Positions 35,987 to 44,379 of a stretch of 64,000 nucleotides of DNA are shown here, in pieces. The notes under the pieces are model-generated. The model was given only the letters and a program-made list of their open reading frames with translations, searched no databases and was not told the DNA's origin. The position numbers were made by a program, and so were the translations under genes. The first letter of the stretch is position 1, and each line of letters opens with the position of its first letter. Location: positions 14,393 to 78,392 of the forward strand of contig CALHFG010000015.1 of NCBI GenBank assembly GCA_938029215.1, written 5' to 3'. This stretch comes from an uncultured Acidimicrobiales bacterium. Its GTDB lineage: Bacteria > Actinomycetota > Acidimicrobiia > Acidimicrobiales > SZUA-35.

Positions 35987-37606
35987 CTATTGCTGGTCTT
36001 CGGCGTAGGCGGTCCAACGTTTGTAGTCGATCTTGCCGTTGGCGGCCCGCTCGAGTGAATCAACCGAGAACACGTGACGGGGCGCCTTGTATGCCGCAAG
36101 GCGCTCTTTCACGTGGGCGATCATGGTTGCCTCTTCCACACTGTCGCTGGTGGCGACCACAGCGGCGACTCGCTGGCCGAACCGTGCGTCGGTAACACCG
36201 ACCACAATCGCGTCTTCCACGAGGGGGTGTTCCTTCAGTGCTTCCTCTACCTCTTCGGGGAACACCTTCTCGCCGCCGGTGTTGATGCATACCGACCCGC
36301 GCCCGAGCAGCACGATGGAACCATCCGCTTCTACTGTGGCGAAGTCGCCGGGTACCGAATACCGGACTCCGTCGATCGTTGGAAACGTCGCCGCCGTCTT
36401 GTCCGGGTCTTTGAAATAGCCAAGTGGGACCCGGCCCGCCACGCCCACCCTGCCGATGTCCCCCGAACCTGGCTCAACGATCCTGCCATCCTCGGTGATC
36501 ACCGCAGACTTCTTGCTGAGCGAGAACGAGGCGGTCTTCGACGCTCCCTCCTTCGACGACACCGATGAACCAATGCCGATCGCTTCGGAGCTGCCGTAGG
36601 TATCTACACACAGCAGCCGGTCGTTGTGTTCCATCAGCCCCGCCTTCGTATCAGCCGACCACATGACGCCAGAAGAGATCAACACACGGAGGGAGCTGAT
36701 ATCCCATCGTGTTGGCTCGGCGTTGAGGGCGTCGAGCATCGGTCGGGCGAACGCATCGCCGACGATGAAGGCGCTCTTGATCTGGCGATGTTCGATTGTT
36801 TGGAACAGTTCGGCGATATCGAGCTTGCGGCTTGTGAGGGTGGTGATCGAACCCCCGAGGGTCAGGGTGGTGAATGCGTTGAAGAGCCCGGTCCCGTGCA
36901 TCAGAGGACAGGCAGGAATACTCGCGGGTCCACGACGCTCTCGTACCCGCTGGATAACTGCCGGCGACTGCCCGTCAGCGTCGAAATCCGCGTCGACCGG
37001 TAGCGTCACCTTGTTTTTGGCGTCGGTGACCATCAGGAGGTCGTCCTGGCGCCACATTACGCCTTTGGGCATGCCCGTAGTTCCTCCGGTGTAGAGCAAT
37101 ACCAGGTCGTCCCCGGAGCGCCCGTGCGGACCCTTGGTGGTATTCGTAGTTGCCGTGGCCACAGCGATTTCATACGGCGTGGCCCATTCGGGGCAAGCTC
37201 CTGATCCGTCATCAACCCAGAGGTAGGTATGGATTGCGGGCACACGAGAGCGAAGAGCATCCACCGTGTCGGCAAACTCTCCGTGGAAGACGACCGCCTC
37301 AGCGTCGGCGTTGTCCCACAAGTAGGCCAGTTCCTCGACTCCGTAGCGGTAGTTGGTATTCACGTGCACGAGTGACGCCTTGGCACATGCGAAGAACGTT
37401 TCGAGGTACTCCGGGCCGTTGTAGAGGTAAAAGGCGACTGACGCCTGTTGGCCGCAGCCTTCATTCAGCAGGAATTGGGCGAGGGAGTTGGCTCGGCGCT
37501 CGAACTGTTCCCAGGTGACTTCATAGTCGCCGTGGGTAAGCGCCAACTCGTCCGGTTGGATGCTTGCAATCGATTCCCAGGCGGTGGCGAAGTCCCAATC
37601 GTTCAT
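35987..37606 (-). CDS. acyl-CoA synthetase / AMP-dependent ligase (FadD-like)
   Basis: The AMP-binding motifs are LLYTGGTTGMPKGV, YGSSE, GDFATVEADGSIVLLGR and a C-terminal ...AANGKIDY. Confidence 0.85.
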   Translation of the reverse strand: MNDWDFATAWESIASIQPDELALTHGDYEVTWEQFERRANSLAQFLLNEGCGQQASVAFYLYNGPEYLETFFACAKASLVHVNTNYRYGVEELAYLWDNADAEAVVFHGEFADTVDALRSRVPAIHTYLWVDDGSGACPEWATPYEIAVATATTNTTKGPHGRSGDDLVLLYTGGTTGMPKGVMWRQDDLLMVTDAKNKVTLPVDADFDADGQSPAVIQRVRERRGPASIPACPLMHGTGLFNAFTTLTLGGSITTLTSRKLDIAELFQTIEHRQIKSAFIVGDAFARPMLDALNAEPTRWDISSLRVLISSGVMWSADTKAGLMEHNDRLLCVDTYGSSEAIGIGSSVSSKEGASKTASFSLSKKSAVITEDGRIVEPGSGDIGRVGVAGRVPLGYFKDPDKTAATFPTIDGVRYSVPGDFATVEADGSIVLLGRGSVCINTGGEKVFPEEVEEALKEHPLVEDAIVVGVTDARFGQRVAAVVATSDSVEEATMIAHVKERLAAYKAPRHVFSVDSLERAANGKIDYKRWTAYAEDQQ

Positions 37607-37629
37607 GCCTTAACGATAGGGCAGGAACG

Positions 37630-38331
37630 CTATGCGTCGACTATTCCTCGGTACTTCGAATCGCCGCTATGGGCTTCGACGCCATCGTTGGGTTCGAGGC
37701 TGATGTCGATAATCGGGAAGTCGCCGATATCAACGCCCTCGGGGAGATCGAAGGACCGGGTGTCGCCGTCGCCGGTGCTGACCACCAGCCCGAGCGAGTG
37801 CATCTCCTGGACCTCAGAGTCTATTACCCAAAGCTCATACTGAGACTCATCGCCAACGAGATCACCGCTGAATTCGATGTCGAGACGAAGTGATCCGTCG
37901 CCGTCGTCGATCACAACCGCGTTGCCAATGGCGTTGCTTCCTTCGAGCGAATCGAGAGCAACTTCGGCGACCACGTTGGTTGTGCTGCGCAACGCCGGGA
38001 TTGCCACCGCGGCAAGGACCGCAGCGGCAACCGCGGTGAGAAGAACCCCCACCGGTCGCCGCTTTCTGCGATGGTGATCGAGAGAGGTGACGTTGCTCTC
38101 ATTGCTTCGCAAAGCGGATGGTGCAGGAGCGGCTGCTGCGGCGTCTTCAAGAGCGAGCTCTGCCTCAATGCTGCTCCACACCAACGGCGGGGGAGTGTCG
38201 AGGAATGGTTCGTCGTCGCCGATGCGAAGTTTCATCTCGTCGAGGAGTTCAAGCAGCTCTCGATCTTGCATCTCTTGGTCTTGCATGTTCTCCTCCGATC
38301 CGTTTGTGTTTTCGTTGGGACTAGACATCAT
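37630..38331 (-). CDS. anti-sigma-K factor RskA-like
   Basis: It has a single TM helix (VGVLLTAVAAAVLAAVAI) and a C-terminal RskA-type extracytoplasmic domain (YELWVI..., ISLEP). Its start overlaps the sigma gene stop by 11 nt. Confidence 0.65.
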   Translation of the reverse strand: MMSSPNENTNGSEENMQDQEMQDRELLELLDEMKLRIGDDEPFLDTPPPLVWSSIEAELALEDAAAAAPAPSALRSNESNVTSLDHHRRKRRPVGVLLTAVAAAVLAAVAIPALRSTTNVVAEVALDSLEGSNAIGNAVVIDDGDGSLRLDIEFSGDLVGDESQYELWVIDSEVQEMHSLGLVVSTGDGDTRSFDLPEGVDIGDFPIIDISLEPNDGVEAHSGDSKYRGIVDA

Positions 38332-38845
38332 CGCGCTCCAACTCTGTTCGAAGTCGGATCAGGCCACGCCGCATGTCGCTTTTTACCGTGCCTAGGGGTA
38401 GGTCGATGTCCTCAGCGATTTGCTGCTGGGTGCGATCGCCCCAGAAGGCCATAGTGAGAACTTGCTTTTGTCGAGCGGGGAGTGTGTTCAGCGCTGCTGT
38501 GAGGACCATGCGGTCGGCAAGAAGACCAAACCGATTGTGCTCGTCATTTGATGCTCGCTGCTGGACGGGTTCGCTCAGCTCGGCTTCGTCGACGCGCCGA
38601 CCGGCTTTTCGGTAGCCGTCGATGAGTCTGTTCTTGGTGATCCCCATGAGCCAGCCTCCGAGGCTGCCCTTCTCGGGGTTGTACGATCCTCGGGCTCGCC
38701 ACGCGGATAGAAATACTTCTTGGGTCAAGTCCTGGGCCTTCTCGGGGCCGATGGCTCGCTTGGCAAACGTGTAGATCGCCGGACCATGTTGGTCGTACAG
38801 ATCCTTGAGGACATCGCGATCTCCGGCGATGAACCGGGACCGCAT
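38321..38845 (-). CDS. ECF RNA polymerase sigma factor (SigK-like)
   Basis: Region 2 is DLTQEVFLSAWRA and WLMGITKNRLIDGYR. Region 4 is LNTLPARQKQVLTMAFWGDRTQQQIAEDIDLPLGTVKSDMRRG. ATG 38845 is preferred over the track start 39052. Confidence 0.8.
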   Translation of the reverse strand: MRSRFIAGDRDVLKDLYDQHGPAIYTFAKRAIGPEKAQDLTQEVFLSAWRARGSYNPEKGSLGGWLMGITKNRLIDGYRKAGRRVDEAELSEPVQQRASNDEHNRFGLLADRMVLTAALNTLPARQKQVLTMAFWGDRTQQQIAEDIDLPLGTVKSDMRRGLIRLRTELERDDV

Positions 38846-38956
38846 GTCGGTCTCGGGATCCTCTGTGGACGATGAAATCACCCCACAACGATACTGGGTG
38901 CGTGCACGTTGCTGCGATCTAAGCCCTCTTGGACCCGGGAGTTGCTCCTTGGGGAC

Positions 38957-38982
38957 GACGAGGATGGGGTCTGCTGGTTTCA
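38957..38982 (-). promoter_or_regulatory. candidate ECF-type promoter upstream of the sigma gene
   Basis: The minus strand reads TGAAAC-N16-CGTC, about 110 nt upstream of ATG 38845. It resembles the generic ECF -35 GAAC / -10 CGT architecture. Confidence 0.3.
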
Positions 38983-39073
38983 ACAGTGCCGCCGAGGAGT
39001 TCATGGCCACACCTACGTTCCAATGGTTTCTTCGGATGCGTAGTTTTGACACCTTGTGTGTCGTGTGACGAAG

Positions 39074-40327
39074 TTAACGAAAGGCGCCCGGCTGCCGGAA
39101 CATGGAGCGATGCCACCTTCGAGGTGTGGCTAACACAGCGCGGGGATAATCCTCGAAAAGCCAGCGCACGAAATTGCGGCGAGTCCACGCGGTGAGTCCA
39201 GCGATTCGAACACTCGCCTGGGCCATCCGTGGGTTCGCAAGGGCGTTACTCAAGGTCTGGGCTAGCGCGTGATCTCGTTCCATTGTCCGAGCCAGTCCGG
39301 TTGCGTAAGAAGCACCGGCAGACACGTAGTCTTCGCCGTGTTTGATGATGCTCTGTCCGGCCGAAATTCCGGTTTCGATGGCCTGTCCGATTCCTTCGCC
39401 AGTCATCGGGTCTGTCGCCGCTGCCGCATCACCGACGAAGATGACCCGCCCGTGATGGGTGGGCACGTCGCCGAGTCGTGCTGGAATCGGCCATGCCGTG
39501 TGGCGCGCCTCTGCGGTCGCATCGGCACCGAGTACGGCTCGTATCCGGGGCCGGTCGAGGAGTTCAGACCACAGCTTTTTCATCTGCTGAATTTCGACGC
39601 CACGGCCTCGTTGAATGCCAAACCCGACGTTGGCCGAGCCGTCGGCCAACGGGAAGGCCCACACGTAACCGGGGAGGAGGTCTGGTTCGAACCAGACATA
39701 GAGCTCTTCGGCGGCGAGTTCGGAGACCCCAGTGAAATATTGACGGAAGCCATGCCACTCTCCGCGGTAGCCCTCGGTGCCCAACCCGAGCAGCTTGCGG
39801 GTGGGCGACCACATCCCATCTGCCGCGACGTAGCTGGTTGCTTCGAAAACGCCGTGGGAAGTGTAGGCCCGGATGCCGTTTTCGAACGCTGCGAGATCTT
39901 GCAGCGCGACGCCATCGCGCACGTCGACGCCGGCTTGGCGCGCCAGGTTCAGCAGCGAGTGATCTAACTCAGACCGCCGGGCTATGGCGGCAAAGAGTCC
40001 GTTGCCGTGCGGAAGATCGAATGGGATCGTGTCGCCTTTGGGGCCGGCAATCTGCACTCGTTCCACCGGCTTCCAGCTCGGGACGGTTGCGGGGTCGAGA
40101 CCAAGGTCGTCGAGCAGCCGAAGCGCTCCGGCGGTTAGACCGTCGCCGCAGCACTTGTCTCGCGGAAACGTGGCCTTGTCGATGAGAACGACCCGTTGTC
40201 CGCCTCGGGCAAGCGTGATGGCGGCTGCGGCTCCTGCCGGCCCACCGCCTACGACAAGGGTGTCGGCGGCGGTTGGGGTGTCGGCGGCGGTTGGGGTGTT
40301 CGGCGGGTTGGGGTCTGAATCGTTCAT
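39074..40327 (-). CDS. geranylgeranyl reductase family FAD-dependent oxidoreductase (MenJ-like)
   Basis: From ATG 40327, the motifs are LVVGGGPAGAAAAITLARGG, RDKCCGDGL and FVGDAAAATDPMTGEGI. The track ORF is over-extended to 40741. Confidence 0.75.
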   Translation of the reverse strand: MNDSDPNPPNTPTAADTPTAADTLVVGGGPAGAAAAITLARGGQRVVLIDKATFPRDKCCGDGLTAGALRLLDDLGLDPATVPSWKPVERVQIAGPKGDTIPFDLPHGNGLFAAIARRSELDHSLLNLARQAGVDVRDGVALQDLAAFENGIRAYTSHGVFEATSYVAADGMWSPTRKLLGLGTEGYRGEWHGFRQYFTGVSELAAEELYVWFEPDLLPGYVWAFPLADGSANVGFGIQRGRGVEIQQMKKLWSELLDRPRIRAVLGADATAEARHTAWPIPARLGDVPTHHGRVIFVGDAAAATDPMTGEGIGQAIETGISAGQSIIKHGEDYVSAGASYATGLARTMERDHALAQTLSNALANPRMAQASVRIAGLTAWTRRNFVRWLFEDYPRAVLATPRRWHRSMFRQPGAFR

Positions 40328-40401
40328 GGAGTTGACCAAGAGTTCTAGCGCACGAGCGGTCGCGAATGGCCTATCGAGGTGATGTGCCCTTTGGCGCGCC
40401 C

Positions 40402-42336
40402 TCAGGGGGCTGTTGTCGGCTCGGTGGGAGGGACGGTTGGGTCGGTCGCAACGGGTTGGGTTGTGGTCGTTGTGGTCACAGCGGCCGGTGCTGCTGTGGT
40501 GGGTGTAGCAGTAGTAGGTGCCGCCGTGGCGGGGGCGGATGTTGGTGCTGCGGTCGTTGGTGGAGCGGTCGTCGGTGGTGAAGTGACCGGCGGCGCCGTG
40601 GTCGGGGGAACCGCATCGGGATCGCTTGGCTCCCCGTTGCAATTCAAACCCTGTTTGGGGCGGTAGACCGCGAACACTTCGTCTACGACAACCTTGCCCG
40701 ACGGATAGATGCGCTCGCGGGGTGTGGTGACCCGACGGCACTGATCTTGGGATCGCCGTACGACCGGGAGGGCATCGACCTCGATGTGCTTGGTTGAATA
40801 CATCGACACGGTCACGGATGTGTCGGTGTATTCAGTCCAGATGAGTACGCCGTAGTCGGTGCTATTGCGGATCTTCAGATCCGGCCGTGGCCAGGAGATC
40901 GTGGCCTCGCGGCCCTCCGGGTAGCGACTGAAGTACAACGAGTGGGCTTGGTACTCGTCGAAATCGAGTCCTGCGAAGAAGGCCGCGTTAAAGATGGTGG
41001 TGATCGTCTGTGATACGCCGCCGCCGTACTGCGGCTCCAAACTGCCGAGGTTGATCGCTCCGGCTTCCTTGTATCCCTTTTCGGGTGTTCGCTCGCCCAC
41101 CAGCTCGTTCAGACTCAGGACCTCGCCGGGGTCGATGACCGTGCCCCGTACCGCGTCGGCGAAGAGCTGAATGTTCTCCACTCGATTCGCGCAGCATGGG
41201 TGTTGGGTTGTGTAGGTGGAGACGAGTTCGGTGATGCCGAGCGCTTCCAGTTCGGCGACACCCTTCGTTCCGTCGGTGACGATCGGCAGAAGTTCGACCG
41301 TGCGCACCGGGATCGTGTCGGCCGGTTCGCCGTCTTCGTCGAGCGGCAAGGAGGGTCTGCTCAAGAGCGCCGCGCGTAGCAAGGCCGATGTCTTGTCGTC
41401 GCAGCACACCAGAGTCTGATCGGCGGGCACGATCTCGGGACGATCCTGCACAACGATGAACCGTGCCTGGGTGGATTTGTCGCCAAGCCGCTCAAATCGG
41501 GGACGAAGCAGATTCAGTGTTCGCTCCTGGTTGACTTGCCAAAACGAGCCCTCGGCGGTGTTTTCGATGTCGATGATTGCTCGTAGATCGGCGGGGCTGA
41601 GTTCGGTTGTCTGTTCGAGTACGCGGACGATGAGCGGGGAGTCGGTGGCCTCGTTGAGCTCGATCGCTGTTCGGCCTACCGAGTCGATGGTCAGCGAAGG
41701 TCGTTCAGGAAACGCTGTCAGGCTGAACGCATGCGGACCATCTTGGCCGACAAGTCCGTTAATCCGTTCCAGCAATTCCGCGGGGTCGATGACCGAGCCG
41801 GCGGCGCCGGGCTGGGTGCGAAACGAGGTCGATCCCAGTTCCACGGTGGGAGGTTGGGGGCCGTCGAGCTGTGGTGCGATGAAGCCGTCGACGGCAGCTT
41901 GGACCGTGCTGGCATCGATGAGGTATGGGAGGTCCAACTCCACCGGCGTACGAAACGACTGAACCCACCGAAATGGGCCGGTGAGCACCGAACCGCCCGC
42001 TCTGGCGGCCATTGCGTCACTGACCAGTACATCGTGGTCGACGCGCACGCCGAGGCGAACGAGGTCGGTAGTGATGGTGTTTTCGTCCACCGAGATGGTG
42101 ACCGGTTCGTCGCGGAGCCCGCTGGTTACCTCCGAAGTTGCCTGTCGTACATCGTTGGCCGACATTCCGCTCAGTTCGATTCCTCGAACGTGAACGTTGC
42201 GGCCAACCGTATTGGCTTGCAACACCGAGTCGATGCCCCACGCCAGGGACAACGCCGCGAAACACGCCAGCAGGAATGCCGCCGAGACCCCGAGCCGTCG
42301 CCGCACAACCAGCGTGCTGTCGTCCTCGGATGCCAC
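40402..42336 (-). CDS. VanW family protein with Pro/Thr-rich C-terminal tail
   Basis: There is an N-terminal TM helix. The VanW core is GYKEAGAINLG...GGGVSQTITTIFNAAFFAGL...YPEGREATISWP...DLKIRNSTDYGVLIW. The last ~70 aa are P/T/A low-complexity sequence. Confidence 0.8.
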   Translation of the reverse strand: MASEDDSTLVVRRRLGVSAAFLLACFAALSLAWGIDSVLQANTVGRNVHVRGIELSGMSANDVRQATSEVTSGLRDEPVTISVDENTITTDLVRLGVRVDHDVLVSDAMAARAGGSVLTGPFRWVQSFRTPVELDLPYLIDASTVQAAVDGFIAPQLDGPQPPTVELGSTSFRTQPGAAGSVIDPAELLERINGLVGQDGPHAFSLTAFPERPSLTIDSVGRTAIELNEATDSPLIVRVLEQTTELSPADLRAIIDIENTAEGSFWQVNQERTLNLLRPRFERLGDKSTQARFIVVQDRPEIVPADQTLVCCDDKTSALLRAALLSRPSLPLDEDGEPADTIPVRTVELLPIVTDGTKGVAELEALGITELVSTYTTQHPCCANRVENIQLFADAVRGTVIDPGEVLSLNELVGERTPEKGYKEAGAINLGSLEPQYGGGVSQTITTIFNAAFFAGLDFDEYQAHSLYFSRYPEGREATISWPRPDLKIRNSTDYGVLIWTEYTDTSVTVSMYSTKHIEVDALPVVRRSQDQCRRVTTPRERIYPSGKVVVDEVFAVYRPKQGLNCNGEPSDPDAVPPTTAPPVTSPPTTAPPTTAAPTSAPATAAPTTATPTTAAPAAVTTTTTTQPVATDPTVPPTEPTTAP

Positions 42337-42395
42337 CCCGTCAGTGTTGCAGCTTCGGTGTGCTTCGCGGTGCCAGGGGTGAGGGTGAACCGACC

Positions 42396-43055
42396 CTAGA
42401 AGAGCTTCTGCTGAGGCCGCTCCACTCCTCGGAGCTGGTCATAATCCACCTCGACGCACCCGATGTCGCGCGTCCCTGCCAGCACCTTTGCCTGCGGCTT
42501 GATCAGTTGAGCTGCGAACACGCCCCGAACCGGCGCAAGGTCGGGCTGATTGTTCAGAAACTCCAGGTAGCGGGCCAGCTGCTCGACACCGTCGATTTCG
42601 CCCCGTCGTTTGATTTCAACCGCCACCGTGACACCGTCGGCGTCTCGGCAAAGCAAGTCCACCGGGCCGATTTCGGTTGGGTATTCGCGTCGGATTAGTT
42701 GGAGACCATCCTCGAGCTCTCCCGGCTGCTCGGCCAGAAGTTCTTGCAAGTGGCTCTCGACCCCGTCTTTCTGCAAGCCCGGATCGGATCCAAGCTCGAA
42801 GGAGATGTCGCTTTCGGTGTGATGGATCTCGATGTGGAGCGATTCGCCCTTGTCGTTGGTGACCCGCCAACCATCGTCGACCTCGACCAGCGTGTTTGGC
42901 GCGTTCATCCAGTTCAGAGGCTTGTAGGCGCCGCCGTCGGCGTGGATCGCTACGCATCCGTCGGCTTTCACCATCAAGAGACGGGGAGCTCGTTCGAGTC
43001 GGGCGGTAAGCCGGCCCTCGTAGGTGACCGTGCATTCGGCGATGACCAATCTCAC
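42396..43055 (-). CDS. nucS: endonuclease NucS (EndoMS)
   Basis: [20 protein letters not shown]...[25 protein letters not shown], plus the C-terminal RecB-like nuclease block ([22 protein letters not shown]). Confidence 0.9.
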   Translation of the reverse strand: MRLVIAECTVTYEGRLTARLERAPRLLMVKADGCVAIHADGGAYKPLNWMNAPNTLVEVDDGWRVTNDKGESLHIEIHHTESDISFELGSDPGLQKDGVESHLQELLAEQPGELEDGLQLIRREYPTEIGPVDLLCRDADGVTVAVEIKRRGEIDGVEQLARYLEFLNNQPDLAPVRGVFAAQLIKPQAKVLAGTRDIGCVEVDYDQLRGVERPQQKLF

Positions 43056-43193
43056 GTTGCTTTTTATCTCTACCAGACGGCTTTCGCTCCCAATTGTCGA
43101 CAGTCACTGCTGACCCGGATGCCATGGTGCGGCGGATGGAGTTGGGGCCTCCCCGGAGTTAAAGAGTGGGCTCGGGCTGCCGATGGTGTATCT

Positions 43194-43550
43194 ATGGCAA
43201 CGAAGGTCGCGAGTACGAAAAAGACCAGCAAGAAGAAGGCTCCGGCGAAGAAACCTGCTGGCACCAAGGCGCCCGAGGCCAAAGCGGCTCCGAAGCGAGC
43301 TGGCACCAAGAAGAACCCTGTCAAGCCACCTCCCGCCAAATGGGAGTCGCGAGCGGTAACCCGCCTGATCGAAGCCGGTTCGATGACCGAGTGCGAGCAC
43401 TGTGGCGAGCGCGTAAAGTTCCGGGCCCGGCATCGTGACATGCAGGTGATCTGCAACATCTACACCAAGGGTGTGTGGACTCGAGTGGAGCACTATCACG
43501 AGGACTGTTACATCAAGGCCGACGAGCCCTTCGGGCCGGCTGAAGACTGA
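43194..43550 (+). CDS. lysine-rich / putative zinc-ribbon hypothetical protein
   Basis: ATG 43194 gives MATKVASTKKTSKKKAPAKKPAGTKAPEAKAAPKRAGTKK... The C-terminal domain carries CEHC...HEDC. The track ORF (from 42699) is antisense to nucS. Confidence 0.55.
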   Translation: MATKVASTKKTSKKKAPAKKPAGTKAPEAKAAPKRAGTKKNPVKPPPAKWESRAVTRLIEAGSMTECEHCGERVKFRARHRDMQVICNIYTKGVWTRVEHYHEDCYIKADEPFGPAED

Positions 43551-43587
43551 CCGTGGTGCGGCCCAGCTGCACCTATAGGTTGAACAA

Positions 43588-44340
43588 GTGACGGCAACAC
43601 CCCAAGATCATGAGCTCGCTCGTCGCCTGGCGGTCGAAACAGGACACATCCTGATGAGACTGCGCCAGGAGATGGTCAACGATGGCTCCCACCATTTCGC
43701 AATGAAGGATGCTGGTGACGCTGCGGCCCACCAGTTCATCGCCGCAACCCTCGCCGAGGAGCGCCCCAACGATGCGCTGCTCTCGGAGGAGGGCGCGGAC
43801 AAGCTCGAACGACTCGATGCCGAACGAACCTGGATTGTGGATCCGTTGGACGGGACTCGCGAATACGCCGAACCCCCTCGCCCCGACTGGGCGGTGCACA
43901 TCGCACTCGTCGTCGCTGGTCTACCGGTTGCTGGCGCTGTCTCGTTGCCTGCCGAGGACCTCGTTTTCGATACCGGCTCGCCATCGGTCGTGCCCTCGAT
44001 GCCATCGGATCGGCCCCGAGTGATCGTCAGCCGTACTCGCCGCCCGCCTGCTGCTCAGATGCTGGCTGCCGCCCTCGATGCCGAGTACCTAGAAATGGGC
44101 TCGGCTGGCGCCAAGGCGATGGCGGTCGTTCGCGGCCAGGCCGATATCTACGCCCACAGCGGTGGTCAGTTCGAATGGGACAACTGTGCACCTGTCGCGG
44201 TTGCTGAAGCTGCCGGACTGCACTGCTCGCGTCTCGATGGATCACCGATGTTGTACAACAACGCGGATCCGTATCTCCCAGATTTGCTGATCTGCCGTCC
44301 CGAGCTCGCCGATCGGTGCCTCGAGATCCTTCGGGGATAG
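43588..44340 (+). CDS. cysQ: 3'(2'),5'-bisphosphate nucleotidase / inositol monophosphatase family
   Basis: The motifs are LSEE, WIVDPLDGTREY and a C-terminal WDNCA. GTG start. Confidence 0.75.
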   Translation: MTATPQDHELARRLAVETGHILMRLRQEMVNDGSHHFAMKDAGDAAAHQFIAATLAEERPNDALLSEEGADKLERLDAERTWIVDPLDGTREYAEPPRPDWAVHIALVVAGLPVAGAVSLPAEDLVFDTGSPSVVPSMPSDRPRVIVSRTRRPPAAQMLAAALDAEYLEMGSAGAKAMAVVRGQADIYAHSGGQFEWDNCAPVAVAEAAGLHCSRLDGSPMLYNNADPYLPDLLICRPELADRCLEILRG

Positions 44341-44379
44341 CCCTTCTCCCCGAAGCGCATTCTGCCCAGTCTTCGCGGC

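Noticed and set aside
38846-39052. N-terminal extension of the ECF sigma ORF
   Set aside because: The extension has no sigma region-1-like sequence and would swallow the candidate ECF promoter. Region 2 spacing fits ATG 38845. An intermediate GTG start cannot be excluded.
40366-40666. Short plus-strand ORFs rich in Gly/Val/Cys
   Set aside because: They are antisense readings of the Pro/Thr-rich VanW tail.
42699-43193. First 165 codons of the 283-aa plus-strand ORF
   Set aside because: They are antisense to nucS. The plausible gene starts at ATG 43194, after the nucS start.
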